DNA from: Vicinamibacteria bacterium
GTDB taxonomy: Bacteria; Acidobacteriota; Vicinamibacteria; Marinacidobacterales; Marinacidobacteraceae
Assembly (NCBI GenBank): GCA_965199715.1
Contig: OZ241322.1
Location: 768,001-832,000, forward strand
Direction of reading: 5' to 3'
Length of the DNA: 64,000 nt
Within the stretch, counting starts at the first letter, position 1. Every line of letters starts with the position of its first letter. Both the position numbers and the translations under genes were made by a program. Below the pieces are notes generated by a model that was given only the letters and a program-made list of their open reading frames with translations, was not told the DNA's origin and made no database searches. Below are positions 18,348-27,681 of this stretch, in pieces.

Positions 18348-19015
18348 CCGAGTTCGTCGAGACGTTCCTGAACCCCGGGGTGATGGGGGAGAGCGCCGGG
18401 CTGCTGCTGCGGGGCCTCGTCGTGACGGTCGAGGCGTGCCTGATCGCGATCCCGGGGGGGCTTGCGTTCGGCGGCGCGCTCGCGGCGGCCGCGACGCTCG
18501 CGCCCCGGGGGCCGGGGCTCGTCCTGTCGTGGTGGGTGGACCTGGTGCGGGCGTTCCCGCCGCTCGTGCTGCTCGTGCTGATCGTCCACGGGCTGCCGTT
18601 CGTCGGGATCGAGCCGCCCCCGCTCGTAGGCGTCGGGATCGCGCTCACGATCAACACCTCGGCCTACTACGGCGAGATCCTGCGCGCCGGGATCCAGAGC
18701 GTGGGGCCGGCCCAGTGGGAGGCGGCGCGGTCCACCGGCCTCACGACGCTGCCGACGCTGCGGCGCGTCGTGCTCCCGCAGGCGGTCCGCAACGTGCTCC
18801 CCGACCTCGTCGGCAACACGCTGGAAGCGGTGAAGCTGACCTCGCTCGCGAGCGTGGTCGCGCTGCCGGACCTGTTGCGGATGGCCCGGATCGCGCAGGG
18901 AGTCCACTTCAACCCCTCGCCGCTGATTCTCGCCGCCGCGCTCTATCTCGCGCTGGCGTGGCCGCTGGTGCGGCTGATGCGCCGCCTCGGCGGGCGGGCG
19001 ACGCTGCCGGCGTAG
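18344..19015 (+). CDS. Polar amino-acid ABC transporter permease
   Basis: SAYYGEILRAGIQSV, QWEAARSTG and KLTSLASVV motifs. GTG at 18344. Confidence 0.92.
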   Translation: MTEFVETFLNPGVMGESAGLLLRGLVVTVEACLIAIPGGLAFGGALAAAATLAPRGPGLVLSWWVDLVRAFPPLVLLVLIVHGLPFVGIEPPPLVGVGIALTINTSAYYGEILRAGIQSVGPAQWEAARSTGLTTLPTLRRVVLPQAVRNVLPDLVGNTLEAVKLTSLASVVALPDLLRMARIAQGVHFNPSPLILAAALYLALAWPLVRLMRRLGGRATLPA

Positions 19016-19933
19016 CTACTCGGGCGGAACCGGCGCGGTTCGTTCGACGATGAGGCCGTAGTGCTCGACCCGCCGGTGGCGGGCGAAGTCGAACACGTGC
19101 TTCTTGTTGTGCGTCCCGAGGTCGAGGTCGGCGTCGGCGATCACCAGCTCGTCGGCTTCGGTACGTCCCCGGGCGACGATCTCGCCGTTCGGCGACACGA
19201 CGACGGAGCCGCCGATGAGCTGCTGGCCGTCCTCGACGCCGGCCTTCGCCGACGCGACGACCCACGTGGCGTTCTGGTAGGCGCCCGCCTGCAGCGAGAG
19301 CAGGTGGTGGAACATCCGCAGGTGCGGGGACTCCCGGTGGTGGATGTTCACCTCCGGGGTGTTGTAGCCGAGCATCGCCAGCTCGACTCCCTGCAGCCCG
19401 AGCACCCGCCAGGTCTCGGGCCAGCGACGGTCGTTGCAGATGCACATGCCGACGACCCCGCCGAACGCCCGCCAGACCGGGAACCCGAGGTCCCCCACGT
19501 CGAAGTAGCGCTTCTCGAGGTGCTGGAAGGGCACGCCGGAAAGCGGCTCGGAGTGCCCGGGAAGGTGCACCTTGCGGTACTTGCCGACGATCGCGCCCGA
19601 GGCGTCCACGAGGATCGCCGCGTTGAACCGGCGCGCCCCGTCCCGCTCGGCGTACCCGAGGTGGAACCCGACCCCGAGCCGCCGCGCCGCCTCGAAGAGC
19701 GGCCGGGTGTGGGGCCCGGGCATCGCGGCCTCGAACCAGCGGTCGCGCTCCGAGTCCGTGAGGACGTAACGGGGGAAGAAGGTCGTGAGCGCGAGCTCGG
19801 GGAAGACGACGAGGCCGCACCCGGCGGCGGCGGCGTTCTCCAGCAGGGCGAGGAGCCGTTCGACGACCTCGGCGCGTGAGTGGGTCGGCTGGATGGGACC
19901 GAGCTGGGCGGCGGCGACCCGGACGACGCGCAT
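19016..19933 (-). CDS. N-carbamoyl-D-amino-acid amidohydrolase (D-carbamoylase)
   Basis: Nitrilase triad FPELALTTFFPR / YRKVHLPGH / ICNDRRWPE, plus QHLEKRYF, GYNTP and QAGAYQN. ATG at 19933. Confidence 0.93.
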   Translation of the reverse strand: MRVVRVAAAQLGPIQPTHSRAEVVERLLALLENAAAAGCGLVVFPELALTTFFPRYVLTDSERDRWFEAAMPGPHTRPLFEAARRLGVGFHLGYAERDGARRFNAAILVDASGAIVGKYRKVHLPGHSEPLSGVPFQHLEKRYFDVGDLGFPVWRAFGGVVGMCICNDRRWPETWRVLGLQGVELAMLGYNTPEVNIHHRESPHLRMFHHLLSLQAGAYQNATWVVASAKAGVEDGQQLIGGSVVVSPNGEIVARGRTEADELVIADADLDLGTHNKKHVFDFARHRRVEHYGLIVERTAPVPPE

Positions 19934-19961
19934 GGTCAGTTGTTCAGCATTAGCGAGAAAC

Positions 19962-19988
19962 GTTGAATAGCGCGCTACGCTATTCAAC
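19962..19988. promoter_or_regulatory. Perfect 11-bp inverted repeat, probable operator upstream of fic
   Basis: GTTGAATAGCG-cgcta-CGCTATTCAAC in an A/T-rich divergent intergenic region. TTGACA follows at 19994-19999. Confidence 0.65.
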
Positions 19989-20091
19989 TGAGCTTGACAA
20001 GCGGCTTCGCCAAGGACTCTTGTTCAGCGTTTCCGCGGAAGTGTTCATGACAATGACCGTCATCCACCCCATCGCATAAGGAGTTTCTCCC

Positions 20092-21327
20092 GTGGCCGAA
20101 CGCGAGACGGGACGATACCGCAGCTCAATCGCCGGCAGCGAGACCGTGCGCGCGTTCGTTCCGCATCCGCTCCCGCCGCGGCCGCCGCTGGATCTCGCGG
20201 CGCTGCAGTCCCGGCAGGAAGCCGCGCTTCTCGCTGTCGGACGTTTGGACAGCATCTCGACCTTCCTGCCGGACACGCGCCTGTTCCTCCACGCCTACAT
20301 CCGAAAGGAAGCGGTTCTTTCGTCACAGATCGAAGGGACGCAGTCCTCGCTGTCGGATCTGCTGCTCTTCGAATTGGATCACGTGCCAGCGGTTCCCGCG
20401 GGCGACGTGCAGGAGGTCTCCAACCACGTGGGGGCCCTCCAACACGGGCTGCGCCGGCTCCGCGAGGGCTTCCCGCTCTCCAACCGCCTGATCAGGGAAA
20501 TCCACGGCCTCTTGCTGCGGAGCGGCCGAGGCGCCGACAAGACCCCGGGCGAGTTTCGGCGCACCCAGAACTGGATCGGCGGCCGCAGGCCCGGAACGGC
20601 GCGATTCGTTCCGCCGCCCGCCCCCGACGTCGAAGATTGCATGTCCCACCTGGAGGGGTTCCTCCACGCAGAGGGCGCCGGCCTCCCACTGCTGCTGCGC
20701 GCCGGCCTCGTGCACGTCCAGTTCGAGACGATCCACCCCTTCCTCGACGGCAACGGTCGAGTCGGCCGCCTGCTGATCGCCCTCATGCTCCACGAGGGCA
20801 AGGCGCTGCGCGAGCCCCTGCTTCACTTGAGCCTGTGGTTCAAGCGGCATCGGGAGGAGTACTACGCACTCCTTGACCGCGTCCGGAAGACCGGGGACTG
20901 GGAGACGTGGCTGGAGTTCTTTCTTGAGGGGGTCGCCGAAACCGCCGAACGCGCCGTGGAGACCGCCCGGCGGCTACAGTCGCTGTTCCTTGATGATCGG
21001 GAGCGGCTCCGACAGGTCGGCCGAAGATCGGCGTCGGCGCTGCGGGTACACCGAATCCTCCAGGAACGCCTGATGACGTCGGCGCCGCAGGCCGCAGCGC
21101 ACACGGGACTGTCCTACCCCGCCGCCGCCGCCGGCCTGCGCGAGCTCCTGCGACTGGAGATCGTGAGCGAGTGGACCGGGCGGAAGCGGAATCGCGTATT
21201 CGGCCATGACAAGGGCCTCGAGGCGCTCATGGAAGGCGCCGACCAGACGGCCATCCCAGTCCAGGCCCGCGACTCGTCGCGCGGCCCCCGCCACTCGCCG
21301 TCGTCGGGCAAGACGACCGGGCGGTAG
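20092..21327 (+). CDS. Fic-family protein (class II, Fic_N + Fic + C-terminal wHTH), possibly eroding
   Basis: Canonical HPFLDGNGRVGR, inhibitory SSQIEG motif, AAGGAG SD. C-terminus extends into the convergent ORF. Confidence 0.92.
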   Translation: MAERETGRYRSSIAGSETVRAFVPHPLPPRPPLDLAALQSRQEAALLAVGRLDSISTFLPDTRLFLHAYIRKEAVLSSQIEGTQSSLSDLLLFELDHVPAVPAGDVQEVSNHVGALQHGLRRLREGFPLSNRLIREIHGLLLRSGRGADKTPGEFRRTQNWIGGRRPGTARFVPPPAPDVEDCMSHLEGFLHAEGAGLPLLLRAGLVHVQFETIHPFLDGNGRVGRLLIALMLHEGKALREPLLHLSLWFKRHREEYYALLDRVRKTGDWETWLEFFLEGVAETAERAVETARRLQSLFLDDRERLRQVGRRSASALRVHRILQERLMTSAPQAAAHTGLSYPAAAAGLRELLRLEIVSEWTGRKRNRVFGHDKGLEALMEGADQTAIPVQARDSSRGPRHSPSSGKTTGR

Positions 21328-21545
21328 CGATACCGCGCCCGCGGCGGCAATTCGACGCCGTTCTCGGGTCCGAAGCGCCGCGCGAACACTTCGGACGGCA
21401 GAGGCTGGAGCTCGCTCCTCGTCCGCCGCCCCCGAATGAGTCGCAGCACCACTTCCTCGATCGGGGCGCGAGCGCGCCGCGACTCCCGCCGCAACCACCC
21501 CTGATCCTCCGCGCCGAGGTTCCGGATTCGGATCGCGCCACCCAT
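21114..21545 (-). pseudogene. Orphan FitA-like ribbon-helix-helix antitoxin with lost stop
   Basis: IRIRNLGAEDQGWLRRESRRARAPIEEVVLRLI...FGPENGVELPP resembles FitA/plasmid-stability RHH antitoxins. No PIN toxin follows, and the frame reads through into fic. Confidence 0.55.
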
Positions 21546-21588
21546 CGCCGCCATGCTGCTCCTCCCCCGCCTTCGCCATAATCGCCCC

Positions 21589-23235
21589 GTGCGCCCCCTC
21601 CTCCCCCTCGCCCTGACCGCCCTCGCCGGCTGCGCCGCCCCGGCTCCCGAGCCGGCGCCGCCCAACTTCCTCGTGCTCATGGCCGACGACCTCGGCTACA
21701 CCGACATCGGGGCCTTCGGCGGGGAGATCCGCACGCCCGAGCTCGACCGGCTGGCCGCCGCCGGCACCCGGTTCACGAGCTTCTACACCGCCGCCACGTG
21801 CTCTCCGACGCGCGCGATGCTGCTGTCCGGCGTGGACCACCACCGGGCCGGCCTGGGCGGCATGGCCTCGCTGATGGGCGACGACCTCGAGGGCCGGATC
21901 GGGTACGAGGGCTATCTGAACGAACACGTCCACCACCTGCCGGCGCTGATGCGCGACGCGGGCTACCACACCTCCATCGCCGGCAAGTGGCACCTCGGCC
22001 AGGCCGACGACCAGAGCCCGCCGACCCGCGGATTCGACCGCTCGTTCGTGCTCCTCACCGGCGCCGCGAGCCACTTCGAGGACGCCGCCCCGGTGGATTC
22101 GTTCGACCCGATCCGCTACCGCCGGGACGGCGAGGTCGTCCCGCTTCCCGAGGGCTTCTACTCCACCCGCGCCTACACCGACGAGATCATCGGCTCCATC
22201 CGCGAAGCGTCCGAGGCGGGCAAGCCGTTCTTCGCGCTCGGCGCCTACACCGCCCCGCACTGGCCGCTGCAGGTTCCCGACGAGTTCCTGGACCTCTACG
22301 CCGGCGCCTACGACGACGGCTGGGAGGCGCTCGTCGAGCGGCGCGTCGCCGGGGCGCGGCGGACGGGCGTGATCCCCGAGACCGCCGTCGCTCCGCCGCT
22401 GCCCGACTACGCCCGGCGCTGGGACGACCTCGATCCCGACCAGCAGCGCGTCGAGGCCCGCAAGATGGAGCTCTACGCGGCGATGGTCGAGCGCCTCGAC
22501 CACCACGTCGGTCGGCTGATGGACGCGCTGCGGGAGATGGGGCTCTACGAGAACACCATCATCCTCTTCTTCTCGGACAACGGCGCCTCGGGCGCGAACG
22601 TGCTGGAACTCGCCGACAACGCGACCTTCGTCCCCGAGAACTTCGACCTCTCCTACGAGCGGATGGGCCGGATGAGCTCGTTCGCGTTCACCGGGCCCGA
22701 GTGGGCGCACGCCTCCACCGCCCCGTTCCGCCTCTTCAAGCAGTTCGTGTACGAGGGCGGCGTCCGGGTGCCGGCCTTCGCGGTGCTGCCCGAAGGCATG
22801 ACCGATCGCCTGCCCGGCGCGACCAGCGGGGCGTTCGTCCACGTGACCGACCTGTTCCCCACCTTCCTCGAGCTCGCCGGCGCCGCCGAACCCACCTTGG
22901 AGCGCATCGCGCCCACCGGGCGCTCGCTCGTTCCGCTCCTCGCCGGCGCGGCCGAGCGGGTCCACGACGAGATCGCCTTCGGCTGGGAGATCTTCGGACG
23001 CCGGGCGATCCGCCGGGGGCCGTGGAAGGCCAACTGGATGGCCCCGCCGATGGGCGAGGGCGCCTGGCGCCTCTACAACCTCGACGAGGACCCCGGCGAG
23101 CTCACGGACCTGGCCGCCGAGCGGCCCGAGGTCCTCGAGGAAGTCCTCGCCGAGTGGGACCGCTACGTCGAATCCGCCGGAGTCATCGTCACCGACGAGG
23201 ATCGCGGCTTCGGCCGCCCGGTCCCGATCCGCTAG
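21589..23235 (+). CDS. Arylsulfatase lipoprotein (Cys-type, FGly-dependent)
   Basis: Lipobox LAGC; ADDLG, CSPTRAMLLSG, GKWHLG and SDNG motifs. CATAAT lies 6 nt before GTG 21589. Confidence 0.93.
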   Translation: MRPLLPLALTALAGCAAPAPEPAPPNFLVLMADDLGYTDIGAFGGEIRTPELDRLAAAGTRFTSFYTAATCSPTRAMLLSGVDHHRAGLGGMASLMGDDLEGRIGYEGYLNEHVHHLPALMRDAGYHTSIAGKWHLGQADDQSPPTRGFDRSFVLLTGAASHFEDAAPVDSFDPIRYRRDGEVVPLPEGFYSTRAYTDEIIGSIREASEAGKPFFALGAYTAPHWPLQVPDEFLDLYAGAYDDGWEALVERRVAGARRTGVIPETAVAPPLPDYARRWDDLDPDQQRVEARKMELYAAMVERLDHHVGRLMDALREMGLYENTIILFFSDNGASGANVLELADNATFVPENFDLSYERMGRMSSFAFTGPEWAHASTAPFRLFKQFVYEGGVRVPAFAVLPEGMTDRLPGATSGAFVHVTDLFPTFLELAGAAEPTLERIAPTGRSLVPLLAGAAERVHDEIAFGWEIFGRRAIRRGPWKANWMAPPMGEGAWRLYNLDEDPGELTDLAAERPEVLEEVLAEWDRYVESAGVIVTDEDRGFGRPVPIR

Positions 23236-24701
23236 CGGAGGAAGTCGTCCGCGCCGAAGCGGCGGGCGAGCGCGACGGCTTCCGACGGCCGCCCGAGCGG
23301 CGCGGCGGACTCCGGCCGGCTCCGGACGAGGAACCGCCCGCCGCCGCGCTCGGCGCACGGCTCGAACGCCTCAGCGACGACCTCGCCCCGGCGCAGCACC
23401 GTCTCCGGGAACCCCTTGATCCGGCGGTCCTCGTAGGGCGAATACCCCACGTTGTCGTGGAGGTCCTCCCACCGGACCGTCACCTCGTGGTCCGGATCCC
23501 ACAGCGCGAAGTCGGCGTCGCTCCCCGGCTGGATCGCGCCCTTCGCCGGATACGCGCCGAATAGACGCGCCGGCGCCTCGCAACCGACCTCGACGAACCG
23601 CTCGAGCGAGAGCCGCCCCTTCCCCACCCCTTCGGAGAACAGCAGCGGCAGCCGCAGCTCCACCCCTGGAACCCCGTTGCAGATCTTCGTGAACGGCGGC
23701 TCGGGGCCGTGGGCGAGCTTCCCCTTGTCGTCGAAGCTGTACGGAGCGTGGTCCGAGCTGACCACGTCGAAGGTCCCGTCGGCGACCCCCTCCCACAGCG
23801 CGTCCTGGCAGGCCTCGTCCCGGGGCGCCGGGCTGCAGCAGAACTTCGCGCCCTCCATGCCCGGTCGGTCGAGGTCCTCGGCGGTCAGCAGCAGGTACTG
23901 GGGACAGGTCTCGGCGAACACCTTGAGCCCGCGCCGGCGCCCCGCCCGGATGGCCGCCGCCGCCTCCTTCGACGAGACGTGGACGACGTACACCGGGGCG
24001 TCCACGAGCTCGGCCAGATCGATGGCCCGGGCGGTCGCCTCGCTCTCGGCGAGCTGCGGATGGCCGGGGGCGTGGAACTTCGGCGCGACGTGCCCGCCTT
24101 CGACGAGCCGCCCGCTCATCCAGCCGATCATGTCGTGGTTCTCGGCGTGGACCATCGTCAGCGCCTTCAGCCGCCGCGCCGCCTCGAGCACGTCGAGGAA
24201 CTGGCGGTCGTCGAGACGCACGAGGTCATAGGTCATGTAGATCTTGAAGGACGTCACGCCCGCGGCCACGAGCTCGGGGATCTCGGTCTCGAGCGCCTCG
24301 GGAGTCGGGTCGGTGACGATCAGGTGGAACCCGTAGTCGGAGACCGCCTTCGGGCCGGCGAGCCGGTGGTAGTCGGCGACGACCTGCCGGGGCGACTCGC
24401 CCCGGCCCTGAACCGCGAACGAGATCACCGTGGTGGTGCCGCCGCACACCGCCGAGACGGTCCCCGAGTGGTAATCGTCGGCGCACATGAGTCCCATCGA
24501 GGAACGCTGCTCGATGTGGGTGTGAGCGTCCACCCCGCCGGGAAGAACAAGCCGCCCGCGGGCGGAGATCTCGCGGTCCCCGCGCCCGAGCCCGGGCCCG
24601 ACGGCCCGGATCACGCCGCCCGACACCCCGACGTCCGCGGCCCGGAGCCGCCCGCCCGAGAACACCTCGCCGCCCCTCACGACCAACTCGAACTCAGCCA
24701 T
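23232..24701 (-). CDS. hydA: Dihydropyrimidinase / D-hydantoinase
   Basis: GGVDAHTH, GGTTT, SFKIYMTY (carboxylated Lys), VHAEN, VHVS, ETCPQY and SSDHAP motifs. ATG at 24701. Confidence 0.93.
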   Translation of the reverse strand: MAEFELVVRGGEVFSGGRLRAADVGVSGGVIRAVGPGLGRGDREISARGRLVLPGGVDAHTHIEQRSSMGLMCADDYHSGTVSAVCGGTTTVISFAVQGRGESPRQVVADYHRLAGPKAVSDYGFHLIVTDPTPEALETEIPELVAAGVTSFKIYMTYDLVRLDDRQFLDVLEAARRLKALTMVHAENHDMIGWMSGRLVEGGHVAPKFHAPGHPQLAESEATARAIDLAELVDAPVYVVHVSSKEAAAAIRAGRRRGLKVFAETCPQYLLLTAEDLDRPGMEGAKFCCSPAPRDEACQDALWEGVADGTFDVVSSDHAPYSFDDKGKLAHGPEPPFTKICNGVPGVELRLPLLFSEGVGKGRLSLERFVEVGCEAPARLFGAYPAKGAIQPGSDADFALWDPDHEVTVRWEDLHDNVGYSPYEDRRIKGFPETVLRRGEVVAEAFEPCAERGGGRFLVRSRPESAAPLGRPSEAVALARRFGADDFLR

Positions 24702-24742
24702 AGGGGCGGCGATTCTACCGGCGGCTGGCATGATGCCCGCCC

Positions 24743-26266
24743 TTGACCCGCCGCGCCCACCCCTCGATCCTCGAGCCGGGCGCGCTGCTGCTCGCGATCC
24801 CGCTCGCGCTGCTCGGCGCGGTGGTGGGGATGGAGCTGCTCACCCGCGTCGGGGTCACGCCCAACAGCTCGATCATCGGCGCGGTGCTCGCGATCGCGGT
24901 AGGGCGGATTCCGCTGGCGGCGACCCGCCGCTTCGCCTCGGTCGAGCGCCAGAACCTCCTCCAGACCGTGAGTTCGGCCGCGACGTTCGGCGGCGCCAAC
25001 GCGGTGCTCCTCCCCGCCGGGGCGGTCTGGCTCTTCGGGCGGCCCGACCTCGTCCCGGCGATGGTGCTCGGCGCGGTGCTCGGCGCGCTCCTCGACGTGA
25101 TCCTGCTGGTGCGGCTGTTCGGCACGCGGATGTTCCCCGCCGAGGGCCTCTGGCCGTCGGGCGTGGCCACCGCCGAGTGCATCCGCGCCGGCGACGAGGG
25201 CGGCGGCCGGGCGAGGCTGCTCGGGGCGGGCGCGGCCGTCGGGGCGTTCGGGCGCTGGCTCGGCGTCCCCGCCGACATCGTCGGGATCTGCTGGATCGGC
25301 AACCCGGTCGCGCTCGCGAGCTTCGCGATCGGCCTGACGCTCGCCGGCCACGCGCCGGGCTGGTTCGGCCTCGACCTCGGCGCGCTGCGCATCCCCCACG
25401 GCGTGATGATCGGGGCGGGAGCGGTCGCGCTCCTCCAGATGGGCCGGTCGCTCGCCGGGCGGAGCGGCGGCGCGAGCGCGCGGGTGTTCGTCGCCGGCTA
25501 CGTCGGGTTCGCGGCGGCCGCGGCGCTGCTCGCGGGAGTCGCCGGGATCGCGGCCGGGCTCGGTCCGCTGGGCGTGGTCGGGTTCGCCGCCTTCGGGGCG
25601 CTCGGGGCGCTCGTCTCCGAGCTGCTGGTCGGCCTCTCGGCGATGCACTGCGGCTGGGCGCCGGCGTTCACGACCGCGCTGCTGTTCCTGCTGATCGGGA
25701 TGCTGCTCGGATTTCCGCCGGTCGCGCTCGTGCTGCTGGCCGGGTTCATCTCCTCGACCGGAATCGCGTTCGCGGACACCGGCTTCGACCTCAAGGCCGG
25801 CTGGATCCTGCGCGGGAAGGGACGCGATCCCGACTACGAGACCGAGGGCCGGCTGCGCCAGCGCGCCGCCGAGATCCTCGGTCTGCTCACGGCCGCGGGG
25901 CTCGTGTTCCTGACCTACGAGCTCTACTTCGCCGCGGACCTGTTCCCGCCCTTCGACCGGGCGCTCGTGGCCACGATCGAGGCGGGCGGCGATCCGGAGC
26001 TCGCCCGCGACCTGCTGCTGTGGGCGGTTCCCGGAGCGCTCATTCAGGTCGTCGGCGGCCCTTCGCGCATGGTGGGGTTCCTGTTCGCCACCGGCCTGCT
26101 CATCAGCAGCCCCGCGGCGGGATGGACGGCGCTCGCGGCGCTCGCGCTCCGGCCGGTCGCGAGGCGGCGGCTCGGCGCCGACCTACCCGTCGTCGCCGGC
26201 GGCCTCATCGCCGGAAGCGCGGTCTTCTCGTTCTTCTCCGGCACTGCGGCGAGACTCTTCCGATGA
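24743..26266 (+). CDS. OPT/YSL-family oligopeptide-type transporter
   Basis: GVTPNSSIIGA, ERQNLLQTVSSAATFG, FPAEGLWPSGVATAE and DLKAGW motifs; many TM segments. Confidence 0.8.
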   Translation: MTRRAHPSILEPGALLLAIPLALLGAVVGMELLTRVGVTPNSSIIGAVLAIAVGRIPLAATRRFASVERQNLLQTVSSAATFGGANAVLLPAGAVWLFGRPDLVPAMVLGAVLGALLDVILLVRLFGTRMFPAEGLWPSGVATAECIRAGDEGGGRARLLGAGAAVGAFGRWLGVPADIVGICWIGNPVALASFAIGLTLAGHAPGWFGLDLGALRIPHGVMIGAGAVALLQMGRSLAGRSGGASARVFVAGYVGFAAAAALLAGVAGIAAGLGPLGVVGFAAFGALGALVSELLVGLSAMHCGWAPAFTTALLFLLIGMLLGFPPVALVLLAGFISSTGIAFADTGFDLKAGWILRGKGRDPDYETEGRLRQRAAEILGLLTAAGLVFLTYELYFAADLFPPFDRALVATIEAGGDPELARDLLLWAVPGALIQVVGGPSRMVGFLFATGLLISSPAAGWTALAALALRPVARRRLGADLPVVAGGLIAGSAVFSFFSGTAARLFR

Positions 26267-27402
26267 CGCCCGATCCGATCGCGTACCTCAAGGCCGCCGA
26301 GGCCGAAGCCGTCGAGGTCGGCGGGCCGCCCGCGATCGAACGGATCGGGATTGTCGGGTTCGGGACGATGGGCCGGGGGATCGCGCTCGCGGCCGCCGGC
26401 GCCGACTTCCCGGTCGCGGCGCACGAACCGGACGAGGCCGCGCGGACCCGCAGCCTCGACGCGCTCGAGGGAACGCTCGACCGGGCGGTCGCCCGGGGGC
26501 GGCTGTCCCCGGACGAGGCCGAGGCCCGGCGGGACCGCATTCGCGCCGGCTCGCTCGAAGACGCGGCGGGGGCCGGGTTCGTGGTGGAGGCGGTCTTCGA
26601 GGATCTCGACCTGAAGCGCCGGGTCTTCGCCCGGCTCGACCGGCTCGCGCCGACGGCGACGATCCTCGCGACGAACACGTCGTCGCTGGACCCGGACCGG
26701 ATCGCGGCGGCGACGAGTCGCCGCGACCGGGTGATCGGGGCGCACTTCTTCTCGCCGGCGCACGTGATGCGCCTCGTCGAGGTCGTGGTCGGGCGACGCA
26801 CTTCGCCGGCCACGCTCGAAACCACCCGGCGGCTCGCCGTCGCGCTCGGCAAGGTTCCGGTCGTCGTCGGCGTCTGCCCCGGCTTCGTCGGGAACCGGAT
26901 GCTCTACGCATTCCGCCGCGCCGCCGACCGGCTGCTGCTCGAGGGCGCCTCGCCGCGGAGCGTGGACGCCGCGCTGCGGGGGTTCGGGTTCAAGATGGGG
27001 CCGTTCGCGGTGGCGGACCTCGCCGGGCTGGACATCGGCCGAGCCGCCCGGAAGCTCGCCGGGACGCCCGAGGTCGTCGCCGACCGGCTCGCCGCGGCCG
27101 GGCGGCTCGGCCAGAAGACCGGGCGCGGCTTCTACCGCTACGACGGCTCGCGGACCCCCGTCCCCGATCCCGAGGTCGCCGCCGTGATCGCCGCGGAGTC
27201 GGAGCGCGCCGGCGTCGACCGCCGAAAGGTCTCCGCCGGCGAGATCGTCGAGCGATGCGTCGGGGCGCTCGCCCGGGAGGGCCGGCGCGTCCTCGCCGAG
27301 GGAGTCGCCCGGCGCGAGGCCGACGTGGACCTGATCTGGACTCTCGGCTACGGGTTCCCGAAGGAGCGCGGCGGCCCGCTGTTCCACGCCCGCAACGGAT
27401 AG
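26263..27402 (+). CDS. 3-hydroxyacyl-CoA dehydrogenase (no enoyl-CoA hydratase domain)
   Basis: GFGTMG, EAVFE, ATNTSSL, HFFSPAHVMRLVE, GFVGNR, LGQKTGRGFY and GYGFP motifs. ATGA overlap at the start. Confidence 0.9.
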   Translation: MTPDPIAYLKAAEAEAVEVGGPPAIERIGIVGFGTMGRGIALAAAGADFPVAAHEPDEAARTRSLDALEGTLDRAVARGRLSPDEAEARRDRIRAGSLEDAAGAGFVVEAVFEDLDLKRRVFARLDRLAPTATILATNTSSLDPDRIAAATSRRDRVIGAHFFSPAHVMRLVEVVVGRRTSPATLETTRRLAVALGKVPVVVGVCPGFVGNRMLYAFRRAADRLLLEGASPRSVDAALRGFGFKMGPFAVADLAGLDIGRAARKLAGTPEVVADRLAAAGRLGQKTGRGFYRYDGSRTPVPDPEVAAVIAAESERAGVDRRKVSAGEIVERCVGALAREGRRVLAEGVARREADVDLIWTLGYGFPKERGGPLFHARNG

Positions 27403-27681
27403 CTCGCGAGGCGAAGAAGAACGCCCACGCCCGGAGGTTCTCGAAGTCGAGGAAGCGACGCCGGACGCCGGCGGGCGCGAACAGGCAGTCCCCCGGCCCG
27501 AACGCGACGGTCTCGTCCCCGAGCTGGAAACGCCCGGAGCCCTCGGCGATCACGTAGCACTCTTCCCGGTCGCGCGGCTGCTGCGGGTCGTCTCCCTCCG
27601 GCGCGTACCGGCCTCGAGCGCGACGAGGTAGCGGTCCTCGGGCAGCCGGGCGACGCAGTCCTCAAGCGCGAACCACGTCAC
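27403..27681 (-). pseudogene. Cupin-domain pseudogene (frameshifting deletion, metal His residues lost)
   Basis: GTG 27681 gives MTWFALEDCVARLPEDRYLVALEAGT, then another frame gives YAPEGDDPQQPRDREECYVIAEGSG...PGDCLFAPAGVRRRF. Frame switch at about 27605. Confidence 0.7.
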
